Assembly: GCA_965218055.1 (NCBI GenBank)
Contig: CBDCKA010000002.1
Coordinates: 1,136,514-1,200,513 of the forward strand
Reading direction: 5' to 3'
Origin: Terriglobia bacterium
GTDB taxonomy: Bacteria; Acidobacteriota; Terriglobia; JAJPHL01; JAPKYU01
DNA: 64,000 nucleotides
Part shown: positions 9,273-18,208 of the stretch, piece by piece
Layout of the letters: every line of letters starts with the position of its first letter
Numbering within the stretch: the first letter of the stretch is position 1
Position numbers and translations under genes: made by a program
The notes under the pieces: generated by a model
What the model was told of the DNA's origin: nothing
Seen by the model: the letters and a program-made list of their open reading frames with translations, nothing else
The model's database searches: none

Positions 9273-10947
9273 TCAATCTCGCCCGGGCGTGCTGTCGGCG
9301 GTGGTCTTCGGCTGGCTCGCCGTGGCGGGTGATGTTGCCGACGGCTGCCGGCTCATGGAAGGGAACAGGGGAGTCACTAGGAAGGGCATTTTCTTTTTGG
9401 CGGTAACCGGTGCGACGGGCTGGCTCCTCATCAGCTCGATCCGGCCACTCCAAGCATCGACTTTGAGGCGTGAGCCGAAGGGAAGGGCAGCGACCTGGTC
9501 AAGGCGATCAGGTTGGAGCTCGGGGATGTGGTTCTTCCGGGTAGCCAAGCGATTGCCCAAGTTGGCACCGAACAAGCTATCCAGGCGGGGGGCGTACTGC
9601 GCCATGGCATGCAGGAACAGGGCAGCGTTGCCCAGACGGTCTTGGTAGGGTGAGTTCTTCAGGAGCTCCATGGCCTTCGCGTCGGCGTCTGCCTCTTTCT
9701 TTCGGGTCGCGGGCGAAATCCAGGTCTTCCAAGAGCTCGTCATCGGACGCCATGAGGCGGTCGTTAAAGGCATACTTGGTATCCGTCGAGTGGCCCAGGA
9801 CCAGATGGGCCAGTTCGTGGGCCAGCATGGCGGCAAGTGCCGCTTCATTAGGGAGGGCATCAATCAGGCCGCGGCTAAGCACGATAGTATGGCCGACGGT
9901 AAAGGACTCGAATGGTAAGGTCAGCATCTCGCGGCAATGGATTGGCGGCAAGTTGTCGAGATGGTTCGTGACCACCAAATTGTTCACGACGGTTTCGAGG
10001 ACCTTGTCAACCTCGCCAGGCGGAGCAATCAGACGCGCTTTTTCCAACCGTTCGAGCACGTTGGCTTCCGCCTCATTCTCCCATTGTCGCATGCTCGCCA
10101 GCGGCGAGATGTCGCCGGCCGTCTCGCTGTTGTCGCGGACGGGCAGGGGCCCATCCACCAGGATGCGGGCCAATTGTTCCTCGCGAGCCGAATTGCTCAG
10201 GTCGTATCCCCAGAAACGTGTTTGCGATCGGAACTCGGATTCTTCGGCATAGACATAGACGGGAAGCCACAGCCCGGGCTGTAGGTTCTGCCGCCAACTG
10301 TCAAAATGGATGTAGAAGTAGAACTTCGGGGGCTTGGTCCGGATGCCCTTGAACCGGACGATGGTGTAATGCTCGTCTTCCACACAGATCCGGCCTTTGA
10401 ACCGCCCGGTTCCCGCGTGACGGCGCGGGCTCACATCAAACAGCAGACAGCGCAGATCGCCCAGAAAGGTGCTCCGCACAAACTGAAACTGGTAATGCTT
10501 GCGATCGAGTCCCTTGTAGTCGACCAGCGAGGCTTGGGCGAAACTGTCAATCTTAATCTTGAACTTGAATAGCCGCCTGACGAAGCTGGGATGGCCAAAC
10601 ATGCGGGACAGCAAACCGACTCGGGGCTTGGGGAGGAATGAGCGTACCTCCACACCTTCGTCAAATTCCAGCTGTCCGAGAAAATATCCGTCGTTGTGCG
10701 GGACAACGCCCCAATCGGGGTCGGGGCGGACTTGCTGAAAGTAGGTCTCAACGCGCGGGCGGTATTTCTGCAGAGTCTGAGCTAACGCGTTCTCACGCGC
10801 CATGATGCGGTCCACCACGGCCCGTACAGCCGGAGACTCCTCCTGCTGAGCCTCCCGCGGCTTCTCCGCCCCACCCTGGCCTTCTCCGGGAAAGAGGAAG
10901 AGTCCCGCCAACAGCCCTACGCTGAGAAAAATCCTGGAATTCGTCAT
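9273..10947 (-). pseudogene. secreted M48-family zinc metallopeptidase (HELAHLVLGH), interrupted by a frameshift near 9700-9730
   Basis: The N-terminal part (ORF 9577-10947) has a signal peptide and the HExxH motif. The downstream protein continues in another frame (ORF 9273-9863: …KKEADADAKAMELLKNSPYQDRLGNAALFLHAM…). The switch maps to the run CGAAAGAAAGAGG. Confidence 0.7.
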
Positions 10948-12044
10948 GAAAGTTCCCCTGAATTGCTAGATGACCCCGCCAATTGAAAGACCACGCGCAA
11001 AGTAGCTGGAAAATCCACTGGTTTCCCGTCACGTCGCGCCGGCTTGAAACGAATGGCCTCCGCGGCCCGGCACGCGGCCTCATCCAGGCCGTAACCCAAG
11101 CCCTCCACCACACGCACCACCTGCAATCTCCCGGAAGCCGTGAAGATCACGGAGAGCACAATCTCACCCTGCAGGCCCAGCTTGCGCGCCGCCTCGGTAT
11201 AAACAGGGTCGGGTTTGAAGAGAATTTCGACCGGCACCAGCGACGGCTTTTCCGGCACGCGCCGGTGCGTCACGGATGTCTGTGCGGCGGGTTTGGGGTC
11301 GAATCCACTTGGCCGCACGACGCCCCGGCTAGCTTCGCCTTGCCCATTGCCGCCCCCACTCGCACTGACGATGCCGTTGCTAAAGCCCGCGCTGGCAACC
11401 GTTCCGCGAGCGCCGGGAGTCCCGCCCGACCCATTTCCATAGCCCCCGCCGGAGGGCAGAGCGAAGGATCCCAATTTGACAACATTGCCCGGATTGCCCC
11501 CCTGGGCGTCCCCGGCGAGGCCGTTGGGGCTGCCAAAACCACCGGTCTGGACTTCGCGCGCCGGAAGCTTCAACGTTGCCACTGCGGCACTGCCTTCAAA
11601 AACACCCACCTTCGGCGGAGGGGAGTGGGGCCTTGGGTCGCCTGGAGTGGGAGCGCTGGGGAAGACCACTCCCACCTTGGGGGGAACCGGCGCCTGCACT
11701 TTGGGCTGTTCGAGGCGCGGAACAGCTCGCAACAGGGGCGCTAGACGCGCCTGGACGGGCGGAAGCGACAGTTTCGGGGCTTCCATCTTCCACACCGGCC
11801 TCGGCGGCATGGGAGCGCGCGCCTGTTGCTTTGGAGGCGTCACCAAATCGATATAGACGGGCGGCGGTTTCTGGTGGACGGTTTCGATGACCGAGGGGAA
11901 CAGGAGACCCAGAACGACAACCAGCCCCAATCCCAAGCCATGGGCGGCAATGCTGACTCCGAACGCACCCCATTGACGTCTGCCCTGGGTGGGCCCGTAC
12001 TCCAGGAGGCTGAAAGGGTGGACACTCCTGCTCTGCACTCGCAC
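10944..12044 (-). CDS. TonB family protein (C-terminal TonB domain)
   Basis: N-terminal TM helix, a Pro-rich spacer and a C-terminal TonB fold (…VEILFKPDPVYTEAARKLGLQGEIVLSVIFTASGRLQVVRVV…). It overlaps the M48 gene by 4 nt. Confidence 0.8.
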   Translation of the reverse strand: MRVQSRSVHPFSLLEYGPTQGRRQWGAFGVSIAAHGLGLGLVVVLGLLFPSVIETVHQKPPPVYIDLVTPPKQQARAPMPPRPVWKMEAPKLSLPPVQARLAPLLRAVPRLEQPKVQAPVPPKVGVVFPSAPTPGDPRPHSPPPKVGVFEGSAAVATLKLPAREVQTGGFGSPNGLAGDAQGGNPGNVVKLGSFALPSGGGYGNGSGGTPGARGTVASAGFSNGIVSASGGGNGQGEASRGVVRPSGFDPKPAAQTSVTHRRVPEKPSLVPVEILFKPDPVYTEAARKLGLQGEIVLSVIFTASGRLQVVRVVEGLGYGLDEAACRAAEAIRFKPARRDGKPVDFPATLRVVFQLAGSSSNSGELS

Positions 12045-12440
12045 TTCACACTCCCGTAGCTGCTTGTCTGGGGGGAATTCAGCCGCCCATCATTCTGTGG
12101 TCGCAGCGTTGAAATGTCAACGCCTGGGAATAGGGTATTGCTTGATGAGACACCGGCCTTCGGCAGTGAGCCAACACTCCCAGGAATCCCCAGGCTGGCG
12201 ATAGGGTGGCGCAGTTAGACTTCCGGTTAACCCGCGAGTCAAGGACAACATGTCCCTCGCTGGGCCCACTTATTTCCTCTCCTTGGCCGTTGCGAGACCC
12301 CACCTTGTCACCAGCGATGCCAGATAGATTGCCCCAATCCCTCAGTTTCTTTCCGATCCTGCTGTCAACTCCCGAATAGTCGCCAACTCAGACACTATCG
12401 CAGCGCTTTGCGGCTCCTCCTCTATCGTCGGCGGACACTT

Positions 12441-12470
12441 GGCCGTATAGTCGGCTATCCGGACAAGTGC
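12441..12470 (-). repeat. dispersed short repeat, type-2 copy F (reverse complement GCACTTGTCCGGATAGCCGACTATACGGCC)
   Basis: Inverted partner of copy G; its tail CCGGATAGCCGACTATACGGCC resembles the tail of copy A, CCGGGAAGCCGACAATACGTCC. Confidence 0.6.
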
Positions 12471-12719
12471 CTACCTGGAGGCGGCGTCACTCAATAGCTG
12501 AGAGCAGATAGGTCCACACAAGTCGGTTGGCGTTTACTTATGCTTTAGGAACGCGCCGGCGAGGCTACAGGTGTCAGGACCAGCCCGAACCGACAGCGCT
12601 CAGCCTGTCGAGGTGAATCGATGCCGTGCCTGGCGCAACGGAGGACCTTGTCGAGTGATTGTGCGCGACTACCGGCTGTCCCTCGATGCCACGATGCACC
12701 GAGGATTCACTAGGGATGT

Positions 12720-13839
12720 TTATCCCGTCACTCCGAGCGGGGAGAAATAGATCATTATGAGAACAATGACCGAAATGATAATCGCCGTGTGGATCACCTC
12801 CTTGTAGCTCCAGCTCGCTCTGGAGAGCGCCCTGTCTTGTGCCAAGGTCGTAGCGTAGGTCAGTCCCCTCAGCCTCTGTTCCGATGGGTTCTCTGTCAGG
12901 AGGCTCACGATGGTCATGATGGCGACGGCGATGAGGAACAAAACTGGCGCAAAGTATAGGAAGTTAATCCTGGCATAGGCATGGAGCAGCGGTACCCCTT
13001 CCACGGGGAAGACCTCGACGGCGAGCTTGCTCATGCCCAGAAGGAAGCCGGCGATCAGCGCCGAGAGGGCGCCCTTGCCGTTGATCCGCTTGAAGAAGAC
13101 GCCGAGCAGGAAGACCGCCGTGATCGGCGGAGCAATATAAGCCTGTACGTTTTGGAGGTACTTATAGAGCGAACTCTCCTCCGACATCCCCTTCAGAATC
13201 GGAATCCAGGCGATCCCCAGGGCGACGACGACCGTCGTGGCGATGCGTCCCACGCGCACCAGCGTCGCCTCGGTGGCTTCGGGTCGGAGCTTCTTGTAGA
13301 TGTCCATGGTGAACAGGGTCGAGCAGCCGTTAAACACCGCAGCCAGCGAGCTCATAAGCGCCGCGATCAAGCCCCCGGCAATGAGTCCCCGCACGCCCAC
13401 CGGGATCAGAGTCCTGACCATTGTAGGGAAGACCTGGTCCGCCGTCTCATAGTGGAGCTTGCCCTGCTTGTTCAGGGCAAAGGCGATGATCCCGGGGACG
13501 AGGAAAATAAAAAATGGGAGAAGTTTCAGGTAGCCCGCAAAGATCGTTCCCCTGCGGGCGTTTGCCTCGTCCTTGGCCGCCAGTGTCCGCTGGACGATGC
13601 ACTGATCGGTGCACCAATACCAAATGCCGACAATGGAGCCAGTAAGCAGGAGGCCGAGCCACGGGAAACTGGAGTCGAGTGGCGGCCACATGTTGAGATG
13701 ATCCTTGCCCACCGTCGACAGCACGTTGTCCCACCCCCCGACCTCCACGATGCCCACGATCGTCACTGTAATCGATCCCAAAATCAGGACGACTACGTGC
13801 ACCGCATCTGTGTACACGATAGCCCGAAGCCCACCGAGT
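12720..13839 (-). pseudogene. sodium:solute symporter (SSS) family transporter, 5'-truncated by the IS3-family insertion at 13840
   Basis: Only 365 aa (about 9 TM helices) of SSS-like sequence remain. The reading frame runs straight into the IS left terminal inverted repeat with no N-terminal third. Confidence 0.7.
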
Positions 13840-13895
13840 GCCCTGGACTGGGTAATTTAGACACTGAGGTTGGGAATTAACTACCCTGGTGTCAT

Positions 13896-14156
13896 ATGAA
13901 CAAAAAACATCATCGTATTGCAGCTGACGTAAAAGCCGATATCCTACGCCGCGTCAAGGAAGAAGGCATCTCGGTGGCCCAGGCCGCCAAGGATCACGGT
14001 ATTTCTGAAGGGAGCATCTATGGTTGGATGGTAAAAGGAGCAACCGGTGCCCCGTCCTGGGCGGAGTTCTCCCGACTTCAGAAGCAGAACAGAGAACTCC
14101 TGGAACTCGTGGGCGAGATCACGCTCAAGCTCTCCATGACTCAAAAAAACAATTGA
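13896..14156 (+). CDS. IS3-family transposase OrfA (HTH)
   Basis: 86-aa HTH protein MNKKHHRIAADVKADILRR…, identical in all copies. Confidence 0.85.
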   Translation: MNKKHHRIAADVKADILRRVKEEGISVAQAAKDHGISEGSIYGWMVKGATGAPSWAEFSRLQKQNRELLELVGEITLKLSMTQKNN

Positions 14157-14941
14157 GCGAAGGAAGAAACAAATCAGCGCTTGCCCGAGCCCTTGGCATA
14201 TCCCGCGCGAGCCTGTATTACGTCCCAAGAATGAAGGAGAAGGACTGGCGCCTCAAGGTCCGCCTGGAAGAAGAGCTGCAGATCCATCCCTCCTACGGCT
14301 CCCGGCGAATTGCTACGGCACTGGGACTCTGCCGCCAGCGGGCGCAGAGGGTCATGCGTCTGTTTGGCATCAAGCCCTACCGCAGGAGAGGCAGAAAATG
14401 GAGAAAATCCAAGGTTTCCCGGACCTATCCCAACCTCCTGCTCGCGCTCATGCCCGCATATGCAAACCACATCTGGGCAACGGACTTCACCGAGTTCGTG
14501 CAGCACGGAAAGAAGGTCTATGTGGCGACCGTGATCGATCTCTACACCCGCCGGATCCTGGGAATCCAGGTTGCGGTGAGAAAGGGAGCCGCGCTCACCA
14601 TTCAGGCGCTTTCCAACGCCCTGCTCCATCATCCGCGCCCGGGTCTATTCCACTCCGACAACGGGAGGGAGTATGACGCGATGGCGTTCACTGAAATCCT
14701 TGATGGATGCGGCATCGTGATTTCACGGAGCCGCCCGGGGTGCCCTTGGGAGAACGGATACCAGGAATCGTTCTACGACAAATTCAAGGTTGACCTGGGA
14801 GATCCGAACCGCTTCAAAACACTGGGGGAGCTAGTGGCGGAGATCTACCGCACCCTGTGGGACTACAACAACACGCGGATTCACTCCGCGCTCAACATGC
14901 CGCCTGTGGTATTCGCCAAACGGTATGCGTTAGTCGCGTAA
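14024..14941 (+). CDS. IS3-family transposase OrfB (DDE integrase domain), expressed as an OrfAB fusion by -1 frameshifting
   Basis: DDE catalytic core (…WATDFTEF…SDNGREYD…ENGYQESFYDKFK…). It is in the -1 frame relative to orfA, overlapping at CAAAAAAAC. Confidence 0.85.
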   Translation: MDGKRSNRCPVLGGVLPTSEAEQRTPGTRGRDHAQALHDSKKQLSEGRNKSALARALGISRASLYYVPRMKEKDWRLKVRLEEELQIHPSYGSRRIATALGLCRQRAQRVMRLFGIKPYRRRGRKWRKSKVSRTYPNLLLALMPAYANHIWATDFTEFVQHGKKVYVATVIDLYTRRILGIQVAVRKGAALTIQALSNALLHHPRPGLFHSDNGREYDAMAFTEILDGCGIVISRSRPGCPWENGYQESFYDKFKVDLGDPNRFKTLGELVAEIYRTLWDYNNTRIHSALNMPPVVFAKRYALVA

Positions 14942-14984
14942 AAAACTCTCAGAATCAGTGTCTAAAGAAATCAGTCCTTGACAC

Positions 14985-15494
14985 TCTGCGCCCGCTGGCG
15001 GCAGAGTCCCAGTGCCGTAGCAATTCGCCGGGAGCCGTAGGAGGGATGGATCTGCAGCTCTTCTTCCAGGCGGACCTTGAGGCGCCAGTCCTTCTCCTTC
15101 ATTCTTGGGACGTAATACAGGCTCGCGCGGGATATGCCAAGGGCTCGGGCAAGCGCTGATTTGTTTCTTCCTTCGCTCAATTGTTTTTTGGGGTCATGGA
15201 GAGCTTGAGCGTGATCTCGCCCACGAGTTCCAGGAGTTCTCTGTTCTGCTTCTGAAGCCGGGAGAACTCCGCCCAGGACGGGGCACCGGTTGCTCCCTTT
15301 ACCATCCAACCATAGATGGTCCCTTCAGAAATACCGTGATCCTTGGCGGCCTGGGCCACCGAGATGCCTTCTTCCTTGACGCGGCGTAGGATATCGGCTT
15401 TTACGTCGGCTGCAATACGATGATGTTTTTTGTTCATATGACACCAGGGTAGTTAATTCCCAACCTCAGTGTCTAAATTACCCAGTCCAGGGCA
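14985..15494 (-). mobile_element. IS3-family element, copy 2: 3'-truncated (510 bp: left terminal repeat + orfA + first 107 codons of orfB), inverted and abutting copy 1
   Basis: The sequence is the reverse complement of the copy-1 left end through its orfB codon 107. The breakpoint sits exactly at the right terminal repeat of copy 1 (…GTCCTTGACA|CTCTGCGCCCG…). The ORFs at 15177-15437 and 14971-15309 are about 96% identical to orfA and the N-terminus of orfB. Confidence 0.85.
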
Positions 15495-15495
15495 C

Positions 15496-16629
15496 TACGA
15501 GAAGGACGGCGAGGAACTGGAACACAAAGAGCACGGAAACATGCCGGAGTGGGCGCAGGAAGACCCCGGAAAGTACTGGGCGGCGGCGGACGAACACGAG
15601 CGGGCCAACGGGCGGCTGTACAGCGAGGTGCAGTTCGCCCTGCCCAAGGAGTTGAGCGAGCAACAGCGGCGGGAGGTAGCCGGGCGCTTCGCCGCCCGGC
15701 TGACCGGCGGGGAGAAGCTGCCCTACACGCTGGCGGTCCACCGTGGCGGTCCGGATGGGGAGAACCCCCACGCGCACCTGATGTTCTCCGAGCGGGGCCA
15801 TGACGGGATCGAGCGCAGCGGGGAGCAGTGGTTCCGGCGCTACAACGCGCCCCTCCCTTCTCCGGGGCCGGCGCGGAAATCGCGGGCGGCCAAGGCCGGG
15901 GACTGGCTGGAGAAGACCCGCGAGGAGTGGGAGCAGACGGCGAATCGGGCGCTGGAGCGGGCGGGCCGTGGGGAGCAGATCGACCGGCGCAGCCTGGCGG
16001 ATCGGCGGGAGGAGGCTTACCGGGCCGGGGACCTGGAGTGGGCGGCGGAGTTGAGCCGGGAGCCCCAGGTCCACCTCGGCCCGGCCCGGCACCGAGGGGT
16101 AGGTGGGGCGGCGTTGCAGGAAAAGCTACAGAAGGTGGAGCGGCTGGAGCGGGAGATCGCCGGGATCGAAGCGCGGCTGAAGGAGACCTATGACCGAGCT
16201 AGAGCAGCGATTGACGAACGAATTCGGCAAGCTGGCCGAGCAATACGAGCAGGAGCAGAAGCGGCTGGCCGGGCAGGTCGAGCGCTTGGAAGAGCAGGTG
16301 CGAGAATTGGCCGAACAATACGAGCAGGCGGGGAAACGGTACGCCAAGTGGGCGAACCAGACGGAAGCGTTGGCCGAGGACCAGCGAAAGATGGGCGCAC
16401 ATATCACGAAATTGACCGACGCCTACGAAAAACAGACCAACACATGCAACGAGTTTACGAGCGCGTTCAACGCGCTCGTGGTAGATTTGAACGAACTGTT
16501 TCGTTGATCCACGCCGAAGCGGAGCAGAAGCGGAAGGCAGGGAACCGGAGGGACCGCGTCGAGGGAAGAATCGAGAGCCTGATCCAAGGCCGAGTGCGCA
16601 GCCGCGACCGGGGGGGTCCGGATCGGTAA
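15496..16629 (+). pseudogene. MobA/MobL-family conjugative relaxase, 5'-truncated by IS3 copy 2 (catalytic-Tyr region missing)
   Basis: …YEKDGEELEHKEHGNMPEWAQEDPGKYWAAADEHERANGRLYSEVQFALPKELSEQQRREVAGRF…NPHAHLMFSER…IDRRSLADRRE…EPQVHLGPA matches MobA/MobL relaxases from about residue 30 onward, including the HxH motif. The reading frame begins exactly at the IS terminus, and the frame is doubtful after about 16190. Confidence 0.75.
16190..16507 (+). CDS. hypothetical coiled-coil protein (alternative frame overlapping the relaxase 3' region)
   Basis: 105 aa, MTELEQRLTNEFGKLAEQYEQEQKRLAGQVERLEEQVRELAEQYEQAGKRY…, a clean heptad coiled coil. The competing relaxase frame here is an Arg/Gly/Ala-rich low-complexity run. 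Confidence 0.35.
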   Translation: MTELEQRLTNEFGKLAEQYEQEQKRLAGQVERLEEQVRELAEQYEQAGKRYAKWANQTEALAEDQRKMGAHITKLTDAYEKQTNTCNEFTSAFNALVVDLNELFR

Positions 16630-16782
16630 CGTGGGAAGAGGAAACAGGAGAAGCCAGGAAGAGAAAACGAGACGGGTGGGTGCCCATTCCTGAAGACATC
16701 TCTGATCTGGGAGACCCTGTAAAGGCGCTCCGCGAAGCCGTCGCGCGGACGCTGTTGGCGGGTTGCACAAAGGAGGGGGAAT

Positions 16783-17088
16783 ATGACCGAAGACGAACGA
16801 CAGAAGCTGCTCGGAACGGTAGTCGAGGCCAACACCGGCCTGTCCGAGGTTGCCTTCAAGTTACGGCGAGAACTGACGCCGAAAGCCCCTGCGCTGAAGA
16901 CAGCAATAAAGGCCGAGCGGGAGACCTTTCGTCTCAAGCAAGAGCTTCAGCGGCTCGATATTGAGGATCTGGAACCAGCAAAAAGGCGCGAGTCGTTGCC
17001 CGAGGTTCGCCGGAGCGGGAAGGTGGTAGACATGGAGCAGCTACGACGCCGGTCTACTTTAGAATGGCCCGGCCCCAGGTGGCACAGT
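16783..17088 (+). CDS. hypothetical protein (only the 5' ~100 codons of the ORF at 16783-17661 are plausible)
   Basis: MTEDERQKLLGTVVEANTGLSEVAFKLRRELTPKAPALKTAIKAERETFRLKQELQRL… looks protein-like. The rest of the ORF overlaps a convincing beta-barrel gene on the other strand. Confidence 0.3.
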
Positions 17089-17973
17089 TCAGCTGCCGAA
17101 CAGGAACTTGACGGTAAACGACAGCGTCCAGGAACGCGGGCCGGTGAACGTATTGTAGTTGGAGAAGTCGGGGTCCTGCGCGTGAAACGGGTGAAGCGAG
17201 TATCCGCCGCTGGCTTCAATGTCGCCCATCATCGAGTAGGTCAGTTTCGGCCCCAACAATATCTTGTCTTTCAGGCTGTAGTCGGCGCCGGCGTGCAGGT
17301 GCCCGGCCAAGACAGTATCAGAGAGATTGGCGTCCTGACGAGAGTTGTAGAACGACAGGGGAGGATCGTAAGCCTGAGCATTGCCCGATGTGTCCTGGTA
17401 ATCGGTGGAGAAATGCACCCCGGACACCTTGACGAACGCGAGACCCAGCCCAAGGCCCAGGTAGGGAGAAAGCCCGCGGTACACATCCGGAAAATCGTAG
17501 TATGCATTGAGCGAAAGGGTGCGCACGGTGAGATGGTCGATCGAGTTCCGGGCATTGGATGCGACCGTACTACCCCGTCGCTCCTCCCTGGGCGTCCCAT
17601 CGTGATAGGTGATGCCGCGGAACATCTGGTCGGTGTTGTTCTTCCGCTGTGCGAGCGATAGCTCCAGGCGTGCGCGATTGAAAATGCGGCCGGCCGAGAC
17701 CTCGAACGCGGCTCCAGGGGCAGCGTCGATATCGTAACGCCAGCGGTATCCGGGGATTGCGGGAACGGGGTCCGCGTCGAAACAAGCGTCCGTCGGATAG
17801 CAGGTCGTCTCCCGATTCGAGCCCTCCTGGTCCATGTTGGACGCCCAATTCGATCCGATGCCCCCGCCGATGTACCACCCGGAGCGCGACCCGTCCTGGG
17901 CCGCCACGTCGGAGATGGAACAGAGCACCAGGATTCCACCGACGGCGGATGCGATGAACGATGCAAGACGCAT
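17089..17973 (-). CDS. outer-membrane beta-barrel protein (OmpA-like/OmpW-like porin domain)
   Basis: Signal peptide (MRLASFIASAVGGILVLCSISDVAAQ), alternating amphipathic beta-strands with aromatic girdles and a C-terminal …FTVKFLFGS. Confidence 0.7.
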   Translation of the reverse strand: MRLASFIASAVGGILVLCSISDVAAQDGSRSGWYIGGGIGSNWASNMDQEGSNRETTCYPTDACFDADPVPAIPGYRWRYDIDAAPGAAFEVSAGRIFNRARLELSLAQRKNNTDQMFRGITYHDGTPREERRGSTVASNARNSIDHLTVRTLSLNAYYDFPDVYRGLSPYLGLGLGLAFVKVSGVHFSTDYQDTSGNAQAYDPPLSFYNSRQDANLSDTVLAGHLHAGADYSLKDKILLGPKLTYSMMGDIEASGGYSLHPFHAQDPDFSNYNTFTGPRSWTLSFTVKFLFGS

Positions 17974-18208
17974 GAGAATTCCTATAGTACATCATGGTTA
18001 TGAGAATCACATAAGTGACGCCACTTCATGGAGCCTCTCTCCGGCGTGTCAGCGCCGCCGCCCGCTTGTGGGCCTGTGCGGCGCGCCCAACAGAAGGGTC
18101 TGAGAAGTCGAGGGCAAATGCGGACAAAAACAAGAGAAGCCGCAGAACAGGCACACAAGCGCCCTCTGGAGGGGATCGCTCAAAATAGTAGCGCCAAGCC
18201 GCCGTTTT

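Larger units (their letters stand above)
13840..14984 (+). mobile_element. IS3-family insertion sequence, copy 1 (1145 bp, complete)
   Basis: Left terminal repeat TGCCCTGGACTGGGTAATTTAGACACTGAGG and right terminal repeat (reverse-complemented) TGTCAAGGACTGATTTCTTTAGACACTGATTC, giving TG…CA termini. orfA and orfB are in the -1 frame arrangement with an A7 slippery run at 14143-14149. The element is identical to copies at 27415 and 54275. Confidence 0.9.

Noticed and set aside
16783-17661. Full 292-aa ORF
   Set aside because: Beyond about 17090 it overlaps a well-formed signal-peptide beta-barrel gene on the other strand and becomes Arg/Gly-rich. Only the 5' ~100 codons were kept, at low confidence.
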